A stretch of 63,997 nt of DNA, filler included, from Dirinaria sp. TL-2023a (taxonomy: Eukaryota), in NCBI GenBank assembly GCA_051941275.1. It is 6 parts of 6 records of this genome, joined end to end, with 100 filler letters (N's around TTAATTAATTAA, not from the genome) between each part and the next. Parts side by side here need not be neighbours in the genome. Positions count along the whole stretch, not along the records: positions 1 to 10,676 come from JAVEBF010000916.1; positions 10,777 to 21,419 come from JAVEBF010000917.1; 4 more parts are not named here. One strand, given 5' to 3'. Position 1 is the first letter of the stretch, and the number at the start of each line of letters is the position of its first letter. The translations under genes and the position numbers were made by a program. The notes beneath the pieces are model-generated. The model made no database searches, was not told the origin of the DNA, and saw only the letters and a program-made list of their open reading frames with translations. Shown piece by piece: positions 1 through 12,730 of the stretch.

Positions 1-180
1 AAAAAAAAAAAAAAAAAAAAGAGAAAGCCTAATCCAAGAACCAGAAATACATCCCGCGCTGGCGACACTTCTTCAATGCTACCGTACTCGTTTAGATACC
101 GCGGATGAGAGAGGGCAGTGTGAGGGATATTGTAGAAAAAAGGAGGAGGAGTTGGAATGTGTATACCTATACATTATGTA

Positions 181-659
181 CAGTACCTCCCCATAAGTCT
201 CCACGAGACCCCAGAATTATATCAAAACTCAACTCAATCATAGACGACACAAAAGTTTTATATCTTGAGAAGCTATTTAGATACATGCATCACAGTTAAC
301 TTTGAGAGTCGAACTGTATAAAAGTTGAGTGCAGAACATGGCAGACTGCCAGTTGTCAAACTCAAAGTTTGTGCAAATTTTATTCAGATTTAGTACGCGA
401 AAAATAAACATCGAGATTTCAAAAGGTCGTGCTACGACAGCATGAGCTTATTCTTTCTTCAGCAATTCACACAAGTCTCCTGGAAAATTTAAATAAGCAG
501 AAAACTTTTTGGCAATATGTTTTCTCTATAGAAATTCACAGTTTTTTTTTTAAATATTTGATTAGATTAACTTAGTAGTTTAATAGCAAAAGTGCGAAGT
601 TCATAGGTTTTGTGGTGTGGGAGTGGGGGTTTCACGGAGACTTTTTTGCGTTAGTACTG
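181..659. mobile_element. Non-autonomous Tc1/mariner-type element (MITE-like), ~480 bp
   Basis: TA|CAGTACCTCCCCATAAGTCTCCACGAGACCCC at the left end. The right end reverse-complements to TA|CAGTACTAACGCAAAAAAGTCTCCGTGAAACCCC. TA flanks both sides; the interior is AT-rich and non-coding. Confidence 0.65.
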
Positions 660-1580
660 TATTGGAGGGTTTTGAACCTTTGATACGAGGGGGTGAGGAT
701 GGAGGGTTGATGGTGGTGGCGTTGGAGGAGAGTGAGAGGTCTTGGAGGAGGAGGATCTGTGGCGTTGGATATAGGGATAGTTGTTGGAGTTCTGGAGGAG
801 GTGAGATGGTGGAGGGATCTACCTGCGTCTTTGTCGTGTTGCTGAATGCAGAGCGTGGACAGTGTGAAATGAATGAGCCGGGTCAGCGTATAGATCGAAT
901 GGAGTGAAGTGGCGTGTCAAGTAAGATTACCAGCTTGGCCGGTCTTGCCATAGGTCCGAGTCTTGGTATCACGCCGATGACTCTGGGCAAAAATGTTTTC
1001 CTTGTTCAAAATGCCTATCACCCAAGAATTCATCCGCATTAGCAGCATCGGTAGTAGCATTGTGTAAAAATTATTGCCTTAGTTGTGTAAGAATGTCGAT
1101 AATAGCGATACTTTATGGAAAGTATGGTGGAGAGCTGAGAAAAAGGAAACTTTAGTTTGACTAGCGAAACTATTCCGGCAATCGCATCACCTTGATCCTG
1201 TGACTAACTCTGAAACCCTTCTGATCACGACAAATACCTGACGGCAGAGACTATAAGAGCCTGGCTATCATGCTGCCATCGTACTTTATGGCCAGCGGTC
1301 CGTCGTGACCCTATATAGTCCTGAACGAAATCTTTGATCATTTGCTGCTCTGGGAGACAGGACCAAAGAAAAATATGTGCATCTAAATATCCAAGGAGGG
1401 GAAGCTAGTGACGTCCCCGATAGCGTCTCGACTGCTTGTCCGGCGACGAGTCTCTAGCTGCCTTTCAATATGTCCAATACTTAGTGGGGTTGCAAAGAGG
1501 AGTCCAACGCTGAGTCCAACACTAATGGCGAACGGCATGAAGACCAGGAAGAATTCAGGTGCCGAGCCTCCGAGGTGATT

Positions 1581-2387
1581 CTATTGTAATTCACCATAAG
1601 CTATAAGCACAAGAGAGGCAATCGAAGCCAATGTTCTTGCACCGTGGCTATAGTAGCGGTAAATCCACCCAAAGGAGGCCACTGTGCAGGTGAACGACGT
1701 AGACAGCATCAACACATACATGGCGTACGTGGAGGTTTTCATCACTGGGCCCGCTCGCTCTTCTAGATTCCTCTCTGCGGGTAACATCCAGTCTAGCTGT
1801 GAGGCATTGCGCTGATTATCGAAAGCCCCGGCGTACCGCTCGGGTAAGATAGAAGCAAGCAGGATGGAGTGGCAAAAGGGACCAAGAGTTTTGTTGTATA
1901 TGGAGCAGCTGAATATAAATAAAGCTTGTGTGCATTGGAGACGAACTATCAGGTCACCTCGTCCGCGTGCCGCTACAAAGTTATAAGCAACCACCCGGAT
2001 GGAGTTTGGGACGGACCAAATCGGCTTCAATCGCGTTCTGAATCCAAAATGAGTTTTCGCGAGCATGGAGCATTCCTCTGATTCTCTGGGATGCGTTGGC
2101 AAGTCTCGAAGCGGCGACTTCTGGCTATTTCTATCGTCTAAAGGTGGTCTTGCTCCACTTTCCACATCGTGCGGAGAGCTCTGTGGTATAGGCTTCAGGT
2201 CTTGGATGAATAGAGCTTTCCAGGACTTTTCCCTTTGTTTGAGAATCGCGCAGTTGAGGCAAAGCCAATAGATATCGTTGCAAAGTCCAGCTACAGAGGC
2301 CAAGCCCGCTCCGATAGCAGTGACGTCCTGGTTCATGCCCAACACAATCACATGGCACATGAAGGTGCCGTCAAGAACCTCGAACAT
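1581..2387 (-). other. Possible degenerate or hypothetical membrane-protein ORF
   Basis: 268-aa ORF with hydrophobic stretches near the C-terminus. No recognised family and no clear ATG start. Confidence 0.2.
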
Positions 2388-3363
2388 CTTGTAATGCGCC
2401 GCCTGAGGAAAGAAGGCGTGCTGGAATTACAATTTGCTCTGCTCTTTCGCTGGCTTCCTGTATCGGACAGTATCAAGTCAAGAGGGTCGCGCGGCAAAGA
2501 GTGGCTATATGAACATAATTAGTGTACACGGAGGGATACTGAGAAGGATAACACGGTTTATACTTACTGTGCGGTTTTCTGATGACGAAGGGTTTTGTGT
2601 CTTAGATCTACATGCCCGTGCAAGACATTGAACTGACAGAGTGAAGCGAATACAATGTTGTGAGGATCTTTGGAAGCTCGACTTGCACTGTCTTCGAGCT
2701 TTGCACGGTCGCAAAACGAGAAAGCACAGCGAACAAGACTACGCGCTCAGCCTCGCAGTCTGTGAGTAATCAACGCCATTCGAACGAAAACCTGTTCTGA
2801 GGTCACACAAAATCGGCGAGTGCACACCCAATCAAAGCCTTGGGAGAGCGAAATGGAGTGTCAACGTGCAGGAGGAGAGCCGGGGGTGTGTTTAGGCCGT
2901 GATTTCAAACTGGTATTCTACAGGCTCCTCCTTATGGTAACTATCTGACCCACATGGAACTTTCACTCCGCGACCCTCACCTTTCTGAAAATTCTTCCCT
3001 TCATTGCACGGGGACTGAAGCATTTGCTGCCTTGAAAGTCTATAAACAAAACACAACGAAAAATCAATGACTGACAAAACTCAAACCTTGCTCGCTTGCC
3101 TCTTTTCCTCTTGACTCGGCACGGCGACGCAACAGATCAACGAACAGTACCAGAGTGCTCTGCCTCGAAACCATATGCTCGTGCGAGGATTGATCACTAA
3201 GGTGACTAGCGAGACTCGTCGCTAAGTTGCCTGCCTTGCCTCTGCCACCAGCAACCTGAGCGTTGCTGGTGACGAGTGTGGAGAGGCTACACGGTCGCAT
3301 CTGCTCGAGTCCCTAGGCCAAGTGCGCTTGACTCACGCCGACTTTCGGACCCATCTCGAGGCA

Positions 3364-3930
3364 ATGGCTCAAGCGGACTCGATCCGATGGGGCCTCTACT
3401 GTGCGAAGTTCGTAGTTCGCCTCCATCTTGCTTGTTTTTGGCATGGGGTCCCAGCAGGACACAGATTGGACTTCGAAATATTCGCTATATATCTTGTACG
3501 GTATCTCCTCCTATCCTGCAAGCAAAAACCATTAAACAAGTTTTAGGCTATACGTACTCTGGGTAGCTATGATGCTGGGGCTCGTATTGCTCGTAGTAGA
3601 GAGGACAATTGAATTCGTTGGGTAAGACCCCCGCTCCAATAAGACCTGGCGCAGGTTCTGATGGATATTAGGCTGGCGTTGCTTTGCGTCTTTAGCACCA
3701 TCCTGACGTTCTATTTTATCTTTGGGATCCTGAAAGAAGAGCCTGATACATTACCGATCTTCATACCAATATCTGTCGACATGGGTATCTTGCTGGGAAT
3801 CCTTATCCAGCACGCTCTCTCGTGCTTAAATCGACTTTGCAAACAGTGTCGTGACGCTGTGATACTGGCCTTGCAAAATTGGTTGGCGAACCCTGAGAGA
3901 TTTGGAGGACGAGATAGCCTCCCTACCTAG
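3364..3930 (+). other. Possible small multi-exon hypothetical membrane protein
   Basis: Successive short hydrophobic ORFs (MAQADSIRWGLY..., MDIRLALLCVFSTILTFYFIFGIL...) separated by GT..AG-like gaps. No family recognised. Confidence 0.2.
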
Positions 3931-4542
3931 TATACTACCTAACCTCTCCCTTGCAGGCCTCATCGATTTGTGGTCTACAACCACTCTAAAAAGAGCTCCT
4001 CCACATCCGACTCAACAGTACATATGTTTAGAAGTCTTTACGAATCCCACGACCTTCTACTCGTTTAGGTCTTATATCAAGGAGGCCGACACAACCTCCA
4101 GACTTAGCATAAAACCGAGATCGCATGATCAGCTGCTTTCGCAGTGGGTCCGGATCTCGGTTAAGTCCTGTACATAGCCAGATTCTTTGTATATATGGGT
4201 TTGCCAAAAGGCGACCGCATTGTTGCGATGGGATTTGGAGGCTTCTGGTCAATGCTATATGAACCCGCTGCCTGAGAAAGTTTCAGCATTTTAAGCAAGT
4301 GGAGCTTTAGATATCGTTCGAGGGCATGCCAAGTATCATGCTGGCGATGATAAGATCACGAGGTATTGATCGTTCGATTGGGATCCACATATATAAGTAA
4401 AGTAAGTACTTTAGAGGAGCATTGTTTGTTGGGTTTCACGGCTGCGCCCGCAGCCTGACTAAAGGTTCCTAGTTCAGGTAGCTACCTTACAGAGTATCGT
4501 GTGCCAATCGTAAGCTCCCCGCTTCAGCGCCAATTTGGTATG

Positions 4543-4984
4543 GCGCCCGCTAAGCACACATCCACCCTCCCTAATTTCACCCCCCCTCTTCCACAGCTCA
4601 ACCCCTCTTCCGACTTACATGGTCGACCGTTCATCTGCCCTGAAGTTCTTCAAAAGACATAGTATCAAGATCACCTTAAAATGATATTGCTCAAACAATC
4701 ATGACGTTCTCTGAATAGCGAAATGTGCAACTCTCGCAAAAACTTCGGAATTATCTCGGATGATTATTTAGCCGAGAGCCGAGACGAATCTTGAAGTCAA
4801 GTGCTTTCTCATATCTCTATCGTCTACGTCATACTTATCATCTTGAAGTTCTATCAGAGTGGAGACAGTGCATGCTCTTCAAAAGGGAAGTATCGACCGA
4901 TCAATGATGTAAATCTGAAGAGAGGTTGAGCTGGGGAAGGGGGGGTGTAAAATTAGGAAGGGTGAGTGTGTGCTTAGCGGACGT
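4543..4984. mobile_element. MITE-like element with ~100-bp imperfect terminal inverted repeats (possibly pogo/Fot1-like)
   Basis: 4547-4645 (CCGCTAAGCACACATCCACCCTCCCTAATTTCACCCCCCCTCTTCCACAGCTCAACCCCTCTTCC...) matches the reverse complement of 4877-4980 (CCGCTAAGCACACACTCACCCTTCCTAATTTTACACCCCCCCTTCCCCAGCTCAACCTCTCTTCAG...). The right terminus ends in ACGT. Confidence 0.7.
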
Positions 4985-5426
4985 CTTTGGTATTGGGTCT
5001 TTCGTAATGAATCATGTACTGGAGTGCAGCACTGGTGAAATGCAAGTAATGAATGCACCAGTTGCCGACTCACTCGAAAGTGAATTTTCATTCGGGTTGT
5101 TCTAATGCAGGCTAAGCATGTCCTCGGGTTCAAACCAGCCCGATATATGCTGAGGCTATGTCGTCCAGATGGCTGCAGATATTCTTCGGCGGATTGCCTC
5201 GAAAGTGTTGAATTGCGCCACCGTAAGGTAATTAACCTTCCAGTGACCTCTACTTAGCCACACTAAAAGCGCTCTCTTTACTCGCTCTGACAGGTGGTAT
5301 CAACCTCCAACCTCGCCCTAGATTGGCTCCTCTCAATTGTGCAAATCAGAATCTTGGACGTGGATCCATCGTGTCTAAACCATCTGCGTAGGGATTATCA
5401 TTGATTCTCTATACGACATTGACTAG

Positions 5427-6505
5427 ATGTCTGAGAACAGCATGGTATCTGAACTCCGTTTAAGACCTCGAACTACTGCCACAAAGAAAATTGCCGATCG
5501 AGCTATAGCAGAAGACATTACTTTCGGGGATGTTACGCCGGTTCTGCTGACATGGCCTCAATTACCAGAGTGGGCTAAGGACAACGAATACATTCACACT
5601 GGATTTCGGCCCATCTCTAATTCGTACCTGGAATCTATCAGAAGCTGTTTCTACATTCATAACGAGAGCGGTAACATCCATAGCCACCTTTTGGCTACGC
5701 TTTGGATGCTGTTCTTACCAGCATACTTCTACCCGTTTGCTCAAACACACTACAAGGATGCTGGTGCAGATGATTGGATCATTTTCGGCCTATTTTTTCT
5801 TGGAGGGGCACTCTGTTTTGCTCTGTCCACCGGGTATCACACGGTCTCGAACCATTCGCATGCTGTACATGATGCCTATCTTCGACTGGACTTACTAGGC
5901 ATCACTACAGTCACAGCCGGCTGCTTCTCACCTGGGATGTGGTATACCTTCCCTTGTCTTGCCAGAGAGACGAAGATGTTCTGGGTATCAGTACGTATTT
6001 CGAGCCCTGCGAAATTATTAAAGAGAGCATTCTCTAATGACGTCTAACGATTCCTGTAGCTTGATCTTGTTGCGCAGGCTATCGCAGCCATCTTTGTTCT
6101 GTTTGTACCTAGCATTCGTCAATCTTCGTACAGACCTGTCCGCGGTCTCCTTTTCTCCTTCATGGCGTCCTCTGCTTTCTATCCTATCATATATGCATGC
6201 TTAGTACATGGGTATAAGCAGATGAATGTCGAAGCCGGGGCAAACCGATATGTGCTTACAGTAATCACGTACCTCACTGCCGTGACTGTCTATGCGGTAT
6301 GTATCGCTGAGCAATCAAACACGGCGAACATAAATGCTAACAAATCATATAGACACGCATCCCGGAGAAATTGAGGCCTGGTGCATTCGATATTTGGGGC
6401 CAGTCGCATCAGATTTTTCATGTTCTTATGGCCGTGGGGCTGACAATTCACTTTTCTGCCTTCGCCAAGGCCTTTGATTATACATACACCACCAAGCAGT
6501 GCTAA
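5427..6505 (+). CDS. PAQR / hemolysin-III family membrane receptor (IZH/adiponectin-receptor-like), 3 exons
   Basis: Motifs W..LPEW.KDNEYIHTGFR, HNESGNIHSH, STGYHTVSNHS, LDLLGI and RIPEKLRPGAFDIWGQSHQIFHV. Introns at ~5991-6059 and ~6297-6352; stop TAA at 6503-6505. Confidence 0.93.
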
Positions 6506-8173
6506 AACGAGGTCTCGTACAGCTACAAATTCACTTGTGGTATTTGTCCCCTAAACTGGTATCCTTAAAGATGGCCGAAGGCACGCCGGTCGATAAAGAC
6601 GCGGCCCGTTTCACACTAGAATCTCTTGTGAAAAGAAAATGGGTCCACTAAAGGTAAGAAGAAGAGAAGCTTCGAATGCTAGCTTTCGAGTCATCCTGAT
6701 GACCGCAGCAGCTGATTGCAACTTTCACCATCGTGCAAGTGCCTAGAGGAGATTAGGTTTTGTGGTTCCGACGGACTCAGAGCGGAAGGAAAAAAAAAAA
6801 AAAAACAAGACGCGAGATTTAGTGCAATGACAGCCTCATCTTCCTGCTGGTTCTGTCAGATGTTAAAGGGTCGAAGGGAGAGTGAAGACGTAATATCATT
6901 GAGGATGATAAAACTGCGTCGACAGTACCTTAACATTCATCTGAAGAACCGATCACAGAAACGTTTCTATGATCGGCGCATCTCAGCTCTACGCTCGGTT
7001 ATCGTCGCGAGATCTCCACGCACTACTCTCATCTGCGGTTCCGAATTGAGGACGATATGGAGGGAAGGTGCGGATGATGACATAGGCTTGACTAGCGCCT
7101 ACGATTTACCGCGGCGAAATTTTTCTTTTTGTCTTCTCTTCTACAGCAACAGAAGCAGCAATAATCATGATATAAAAAAAGAAAGCTGTAGCGCCACACC
7201 ACCTTCACTTTACGGCCACACCACTCTCTCTACTAGGCCGGAATGGGGCAGAAACTATGCTTCATCGGGAAACCTTTAATACCTCGCTTCGTCACGACAT
7301 GATTATGTATTTTCGCGTGCTTTTAAATGCTGTCAATGGTCAGATTGATCTCGCTCTGACTCTCTTTAAAGACTTCAATTCCATGGTCAAGGCGGCGAGA
7401 TCAGCGTGAGCAGAGAGCTAGAGCTAGAGGTTCAGTAGCGGTACCTTAGCGAGTACACGGGCATAGAGAGGGATTCTTACCTGATCAGGCGTAGATTCTA
7501 CCTGTTCAAGTCTAGTTGAGAACGTTGGTTTCCCACAAAGATTGCAGATCCAAATTAGGTATCGTTCCTCAACGATAATTGGCTCGATAGCGTGTTCTCT
7601 TGCGCCAATAAAACCCTGATCAGACCCTACGATGATCAAGTCTTCATTTTAAAAGTCACCACCACCACCACACCTGAATCGGGAACTCTCCGTTTCTCTC
7701 TTAGCCATTCCATTTGCGTAAGGTAAGGAACAGTTGGATCAACACATATCCACAACACCGCTAAGACGTCATACAGGGACATATAGGCAGGAAGCCATGC
7801 CAACGGCCATGCATTCTAATCGTAGGAACGAGCCCGTGCAGCTCAGCCGCGCCGCCATTGGCCGCTATTGCAAGCGCATGACGTTGCGGGGAGCCGAGAT
7901 ATGGCCTTCCCCATCTGTCAGGATAGAAGCGATCCAAGGGCCAGACAACTCCGACACGTGGATCAATTGTCAACAAAGAGCTGTTGATTGAGTGTGGGGC
8001 AAATGTTAAAAATGTTGACGGGGATTACGTAGTGAGGCAGGAGGTCTATCCAAGGTACAAAAACCCCCGATGGCTGCATATAATTCCAGTTGGTTTCCTT
8101 TTCCAATGTTGGGATCTCCAGCCTTTTCCCACGATTCTGCAAAAATCCGTTCAATGTTCCTATTTGAAACATT

Positions 8174-9188
8174 ATGTATCTCACTTCAGTTTTCTTGACT
8201 TTGATGCCCTTGACTGCGCAATGCACCAACGTGGTTCTCTCAAATGATGATGGCTGGGCCGAAATCAACATCCGATCTTTCTACAATTCCTTGACCGCTG
8301 CCCGTGATTCAGTGGTTCTCTCAGCCCCGGCACAAGATAAATCTGGCACAGGTACAGACCTGAGCAGTTTTTCTTCGTCAGAGGGAAAGGATATTGACCA
8401 AAGGCGACACCAGGCTCCTCCGACGCTGCCCCAACAACGCTCAGTCAAGCTTGCGAGTTCAACTCCTGTCCTGCCGGCTCGCCGGCCGAGGGTAGCGACG
8501 CAAATAATCCGCGCTTGAACTACGTCAACTCATACCCTGCGACATCTATTCGTTATGGCATTAAGACTCTCGCACCAAAATATTTCGGTAAAGCGCCGGA
8601 TATAGCTGTTGCGGGTTATAACGTCGGAGGTTTGTAGAAGACCATGTCTCACAATACACAAGCGATTGACCCTCTCCTCTCCTAGCGAACCTAGGAAGCA
8701 CGGTCCTCATCTCGGGCACCGTGGGCGCCGCTACCGAAGCTGCTAAAGAAGGCATACCAGCGATTGCCTTCAGTGGTACAACAGGAACCCAGACAGCATA
8801 CACCGCCTCCCCTGATACCTACGTCAACGTCTATGCCGACTTATCAACCAACGTCACTCAAACGCTCGTCGCGTCTAAGAAGCCATACCTGCCATCAAAT
8901 ACTTGGCTAAACGTCAATTATCCTGCCGTCAGCGACAGTACCTGTTCCTCGCTGACACAATTCAAATTCGTCCTTTCGAGAATCAACAGCGCGGCATCTG
9001 GAGCTGCGCCGGACTTTTACACATGTGGAAGCTCGAGGCTGCCGACGGAGAGTAGTGTGGTGAACACCCCTGGATGCTACGCGAGCATCAGTGTCGGGGT
9101 TGCGACGAACAAAGGTGATGCAAACGCCGCGCAGCAGGCGATCGCCCAGCAGAAGCTGGCTAAAATACTCTCATGTCTGCCTTCTTAG
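8174..9188 (+). CDS. Secreted SurE-family acid phosphatase / 5'-3'-nucleotidase
   Basis: Signal peptide followed by VVLSNDDG, SAPAQDKSGTG, YVNSYPATSIRYG, GYNVG..NLG and ISGTVGAATEAAKEGIPAIAFSG. Two introns. Confidence 0.92.
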
Positions 9189-10676
9189 TTGGTAATAGAA
9201 TTTAAATAAAGAAGAAAGCCTTCAGCATTGGAAAGATCAGCCCATCCGCATGTCTTAACCTGCCTTTTCCATCATGTATACTAGATCCAACAGCATTGAT
9301 GGCTGGTGTCGCATCCGATCGCATCCGAACCTTGTGAACTCGGAGCTTTGGGATTCAAAAGAATCCCAAAAGCAAAAACCATGACGTTTGCTCGCTCGCT
9401 TCTGGCGCTCTGGATCGCCGCCGATCAAAAAAGCTCGGTCGATCACACAAAATGGACGTTGTTAAAGCAGCATATGAAATGCTAAGCCATTACTGTTAGT
9501 GTTGCTGTGGGATTATTTAGGTAAGGAAGGAGGAATTGGTCTAGGGGGTGAATTACCTTACATTATACGGGTGTGGGTCGTGTGACCACTAAGCCTAATA
9601 AGGCAACCTCATGGTGCCATCGAAATCTATCAAACACCTGTTGGGCCAGTGTCCGACCTCCCAGCACTATTGACCTATGCCTGTAGTTGGCTATATAAAT
9701 CAAATTACTTGTACGCAAGCAGCCACTATCTTGATTGGATATCGTGGGAAGCGACCGTATGTACAGACAAAGGGCCGCCCCCCTAACAACTAAACACTTT
9801 TCACACCCCCCTACACTAAGCCTATAATAGCAGCCTCTAGACATCATTCAGCGAATTTCAAGTCACATAAAATCAGACCTGACCAACTTTATTCCGCATC
9901 CTATTCACATCCGCGTTCTTGATCTTTTCCATAACCTTTAGAGCCATTGTCGCCTTCAGAAGAGCCGAAACCACCTCCGAAAAAAGACCCTCATCCCATC
10001 ACTGACTCTCAAGCGATCTCAACAAACTCCCATCCAAGTGCGAAAGAAAATGCAGTCTTGAGTAAGCGGAGCAAAGCGCAGAAAACCCTATACCATTTTG
10101 CAAAGCTGGGACCCGCCTGCGATATAGGCAGTAAGGTGAAAAACAACAGTCTACATTATCCTCGATCAACTTCGCAAGAAATGAAGTATCTGTTTAATCA
10201 GACTTGGAACGCATATTGAGATTATAATCTGCGTAAATATATGTGGATACTGGGTATACATAGTCAATTGAAGCCGCCGAGGTGACGGCGAGGTCTGAGC
10301 TCACATCGTCTGCAGGTCTGCTTGTCTCGTCAAACGCGTAATAAATCATACGGCAGTCTCTGAAAGCTCCAAAATTCTATGTTTATCGGGTTTTGTGTAG
10401 GCTGGAAGTCGGTGCGAATTTGTATCAACAGAACGCAACTGCGCTGGAAAAATAACCAGGTTGACCTACCCTGCTAAATCGACCAGAGAAAGCACCCATC
10501 GTACCAACCCGCAAACCGGAATCACGTTATCATAATCGTAGGGCGTAGCATAAATCCGAGCTCTACATCCTAATATAATAGCGATAGTATGCCGCATTAG
10601 GTATAGAGAATACCTCTATTTGTTTCGCTGTTGGGAGGTGCCCGACGAGAGTCGATGTAGAAGTATAAAGGGGGGG

Positions 10677-10776
10677 NNNNNNNNNNNNNNNNNNNNNNNN
10701 NNNNNNNNNNNNNNNNNNNNTTAATTAATTAANNNNNNNNNNNNNNNNNNNNNNNNNNNNNNNNNNNNNNNNNNNN
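10677..10776. other. Artificial contig linker (N44-TTAATTAATTAA-N44)
   Basis: N run with a core that has stop codons in all frames; identical at five positions. Confidence 0.99.
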
Positions 10777-10929
10777 AGTTTTTGAATGAGATAAAACTTT
10801 AGCGTTGACAAGTCAGGCTCAACAGTAGCAATCATCAGATCAGGATTCTGAGGACATCTGCTTTTCAAAATTCGTCTTTTTTTTTTTTGCTTCAATTCAA
10901 AGATATCAAAATATTTATTATAAATTCAT

Positions 10930-11020
10930 TGTAAATTGAGCGCATACTCAGACTCATCAATTCATTTAAAATTGAGCACATACTCAAATTTAATAAATCT
11001 CAAATTTGAATTGAATTAAA
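10930..11020. repeat. AT-rich degenerate short direct repeats (AAATTGAGC(G/A)CATACTCA x2), probable mutated transposon end
   Basis: Two near-identical 18-nt copies in very AT-rich sequence that lacks CC/GG. Confidence 0.35.
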
Positions 11021-12109
11021 AATATGTTCGATTTTGCGAGTTTTCGAACTCTATATATCCATTAGAACCAGGAAGTTTTAAAATCCTAATATCATGAATT
11101 CTGGTCGCTTCGGCTTCAGTGTCAATGACGATCTCATGTCCTCAGTCTTATCAACCTGAAAATATCATATAAAGCGCTAGCGACGAGATTTATTGAACGC
11201 ACAAGGGTTTCCATTATTCGATGAAGCAGACAAAAACTGTCATTGTCAGATCAAAATAATCGCTCACAAGCAAATGCTGAATGTGGATCAAAGTACAAGA
11301 TATAATATCTATCTTGACACTCCATCCTCCAGAACGTTTGTCGGAATTTACGCACCAAGCAATTCTAATCGTCTTAGGAATCGCTCTAAACTTCAAGTCC
11401 TGACCAAAGATGTACAGAAATGCGAACACAGAATCTAGATTCAAGCGCGACATACAGATCAAAGGTCAGAGAATCAGATGCTGCGCATGGAGGAGAAGCT
11501 AAACAACTAAGTACAGCATGCAGAGCAAAAGCTGAGAGCTAAAACACAACAAGATTTCATCCATCCGAAGGAGACGGTGGTCAATTTTGGCGTCACCAAA
11601 GTTTTTGGCATGCAAACCGACATGCATGGTCTGCTTGTCAGAGGCAGAAGATCTTTTACAAAACTTGTGTTGGGAAAGGGTAAAGGAGCCTCAGAAAAGG
11701 ATTGCTGAAGAGCTTATTACTACGATTTTAGATACTCACATCGATGAGACGCCGCATTTGAATTAGCATTGCGAGGGGCTGCAACATGGACTAGTCGGTA
11801 GAGCGATAATACTAGCCACGTTTGAATAATCGAGATGAGGGTCCCGAACGAAACGACTACGGAAATATGAACTGGGATGGAACTCCTTCCGCTGGTGGAT
11901 CGAGTTCTCCTTCAAAGTCTCGACTATCGCCCCTGCGCATACGAATGCAGATTCGGAAAAAATTTCTTAGCGCTTCGTCTATTAACTAAATTTGAATCTT
12001 CAGAAGGTCTGCATGAGGCCAAGATCACGACTTAACACATCCTTGTGCCTACTGCATACCTATGCTTCACCTAAGTCTTTCAAATTGCTAGAAATCCTAG
12101 GCATCTAGT

Positions 12110-12473
12110 TTATGCAAATGGAATTGCAGCGAGAAAAGGGGCCAATTTGGTCCGCGAGAATCTCTCCACTTGCCTGCGCCGTGAGGCATTGGATTGGTGG
12201 GAAGCAGAGCTCTCTGACACAAAGAGACGGATGACAAAGCTTACTTCCGGGGCCGCCGATGTGCTAGGTGAATGGCCAAGATCGCTATTGAAGCGGTTTG
12301 CGCAGCGATCTAGAATAGCAACCAATGCGATGTTGAAGGAGAATAACAGCCTTCGTGAAGCCGCTAATCGCCGAGAACTTAGACAATATGCTCAGGAAAT
12401 TTCTCAGATCGGCAAAGGATGCGGACATCACTACTCTCCAGACTCAGCTGGAGATTATCTACAACGGCATTAA
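12110..12473 (+). mobile_element. Ty3/Gypsy retrotransposon gag-like remnant
   Basis: KGANLVRENLSTCLRREALDWWEAELSD...LGEWPRSLLKRF resembles the fungal Gypsy gag pattern (VR.NL..CLRG.A..WY..ELSD...W...L..RF). Surrounded by broken frames. Confidence 0.6.
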
Positions 12474-12730
12474 TTCAGCATCTCCATAGCTCTGGGCTAA
12501 TTCTAAAGTGTCGGTTGTGATTCTGTCTACGCACCCGTCATCCCTGGCTCGTGTTGATCGGCCCTGATCAGAATATAACAACTCCCTTTTCACTTGTTCC
12601 TTCTTTCTCTTTCTTTGTAATCCTTCATCACTTCTCACCTCGTTTGATAACCAGTCCATCAAACTCAAGAATCGTATATACCGTAGCTCGATTCCCCTGA
12701 AATATATTTAAACAAGAAGTGAAACTTTCA

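Noticed and set aside
6716..7279. 187-aa ORF and the many other short or antisense ORFs in the track
   Set aside because: Non-ATG start, runs through a homopolymer and has no family features; most others are antisense shadows of real genes.
7940..8030. Ankyrin-like fragment (KELLIECGANVKNVDG)
   Set aside because: A single degenerate half-repeat with no supporting ORF.
9568..9683. TA-flanked 12-bp inverted repeat (CGGGTGTGGGTC / GACCTATGCCTG)
   Set aside because: Four mismatches in 12 bp and no inward extension; could be chance.
10721..10732. Recurrent TTAATTAATTAA palindrome at regular ~10.7-kb spacing as a biological repeat or array
   Set aside because: It always sits inside identical N padding, so it is an assembly linker.
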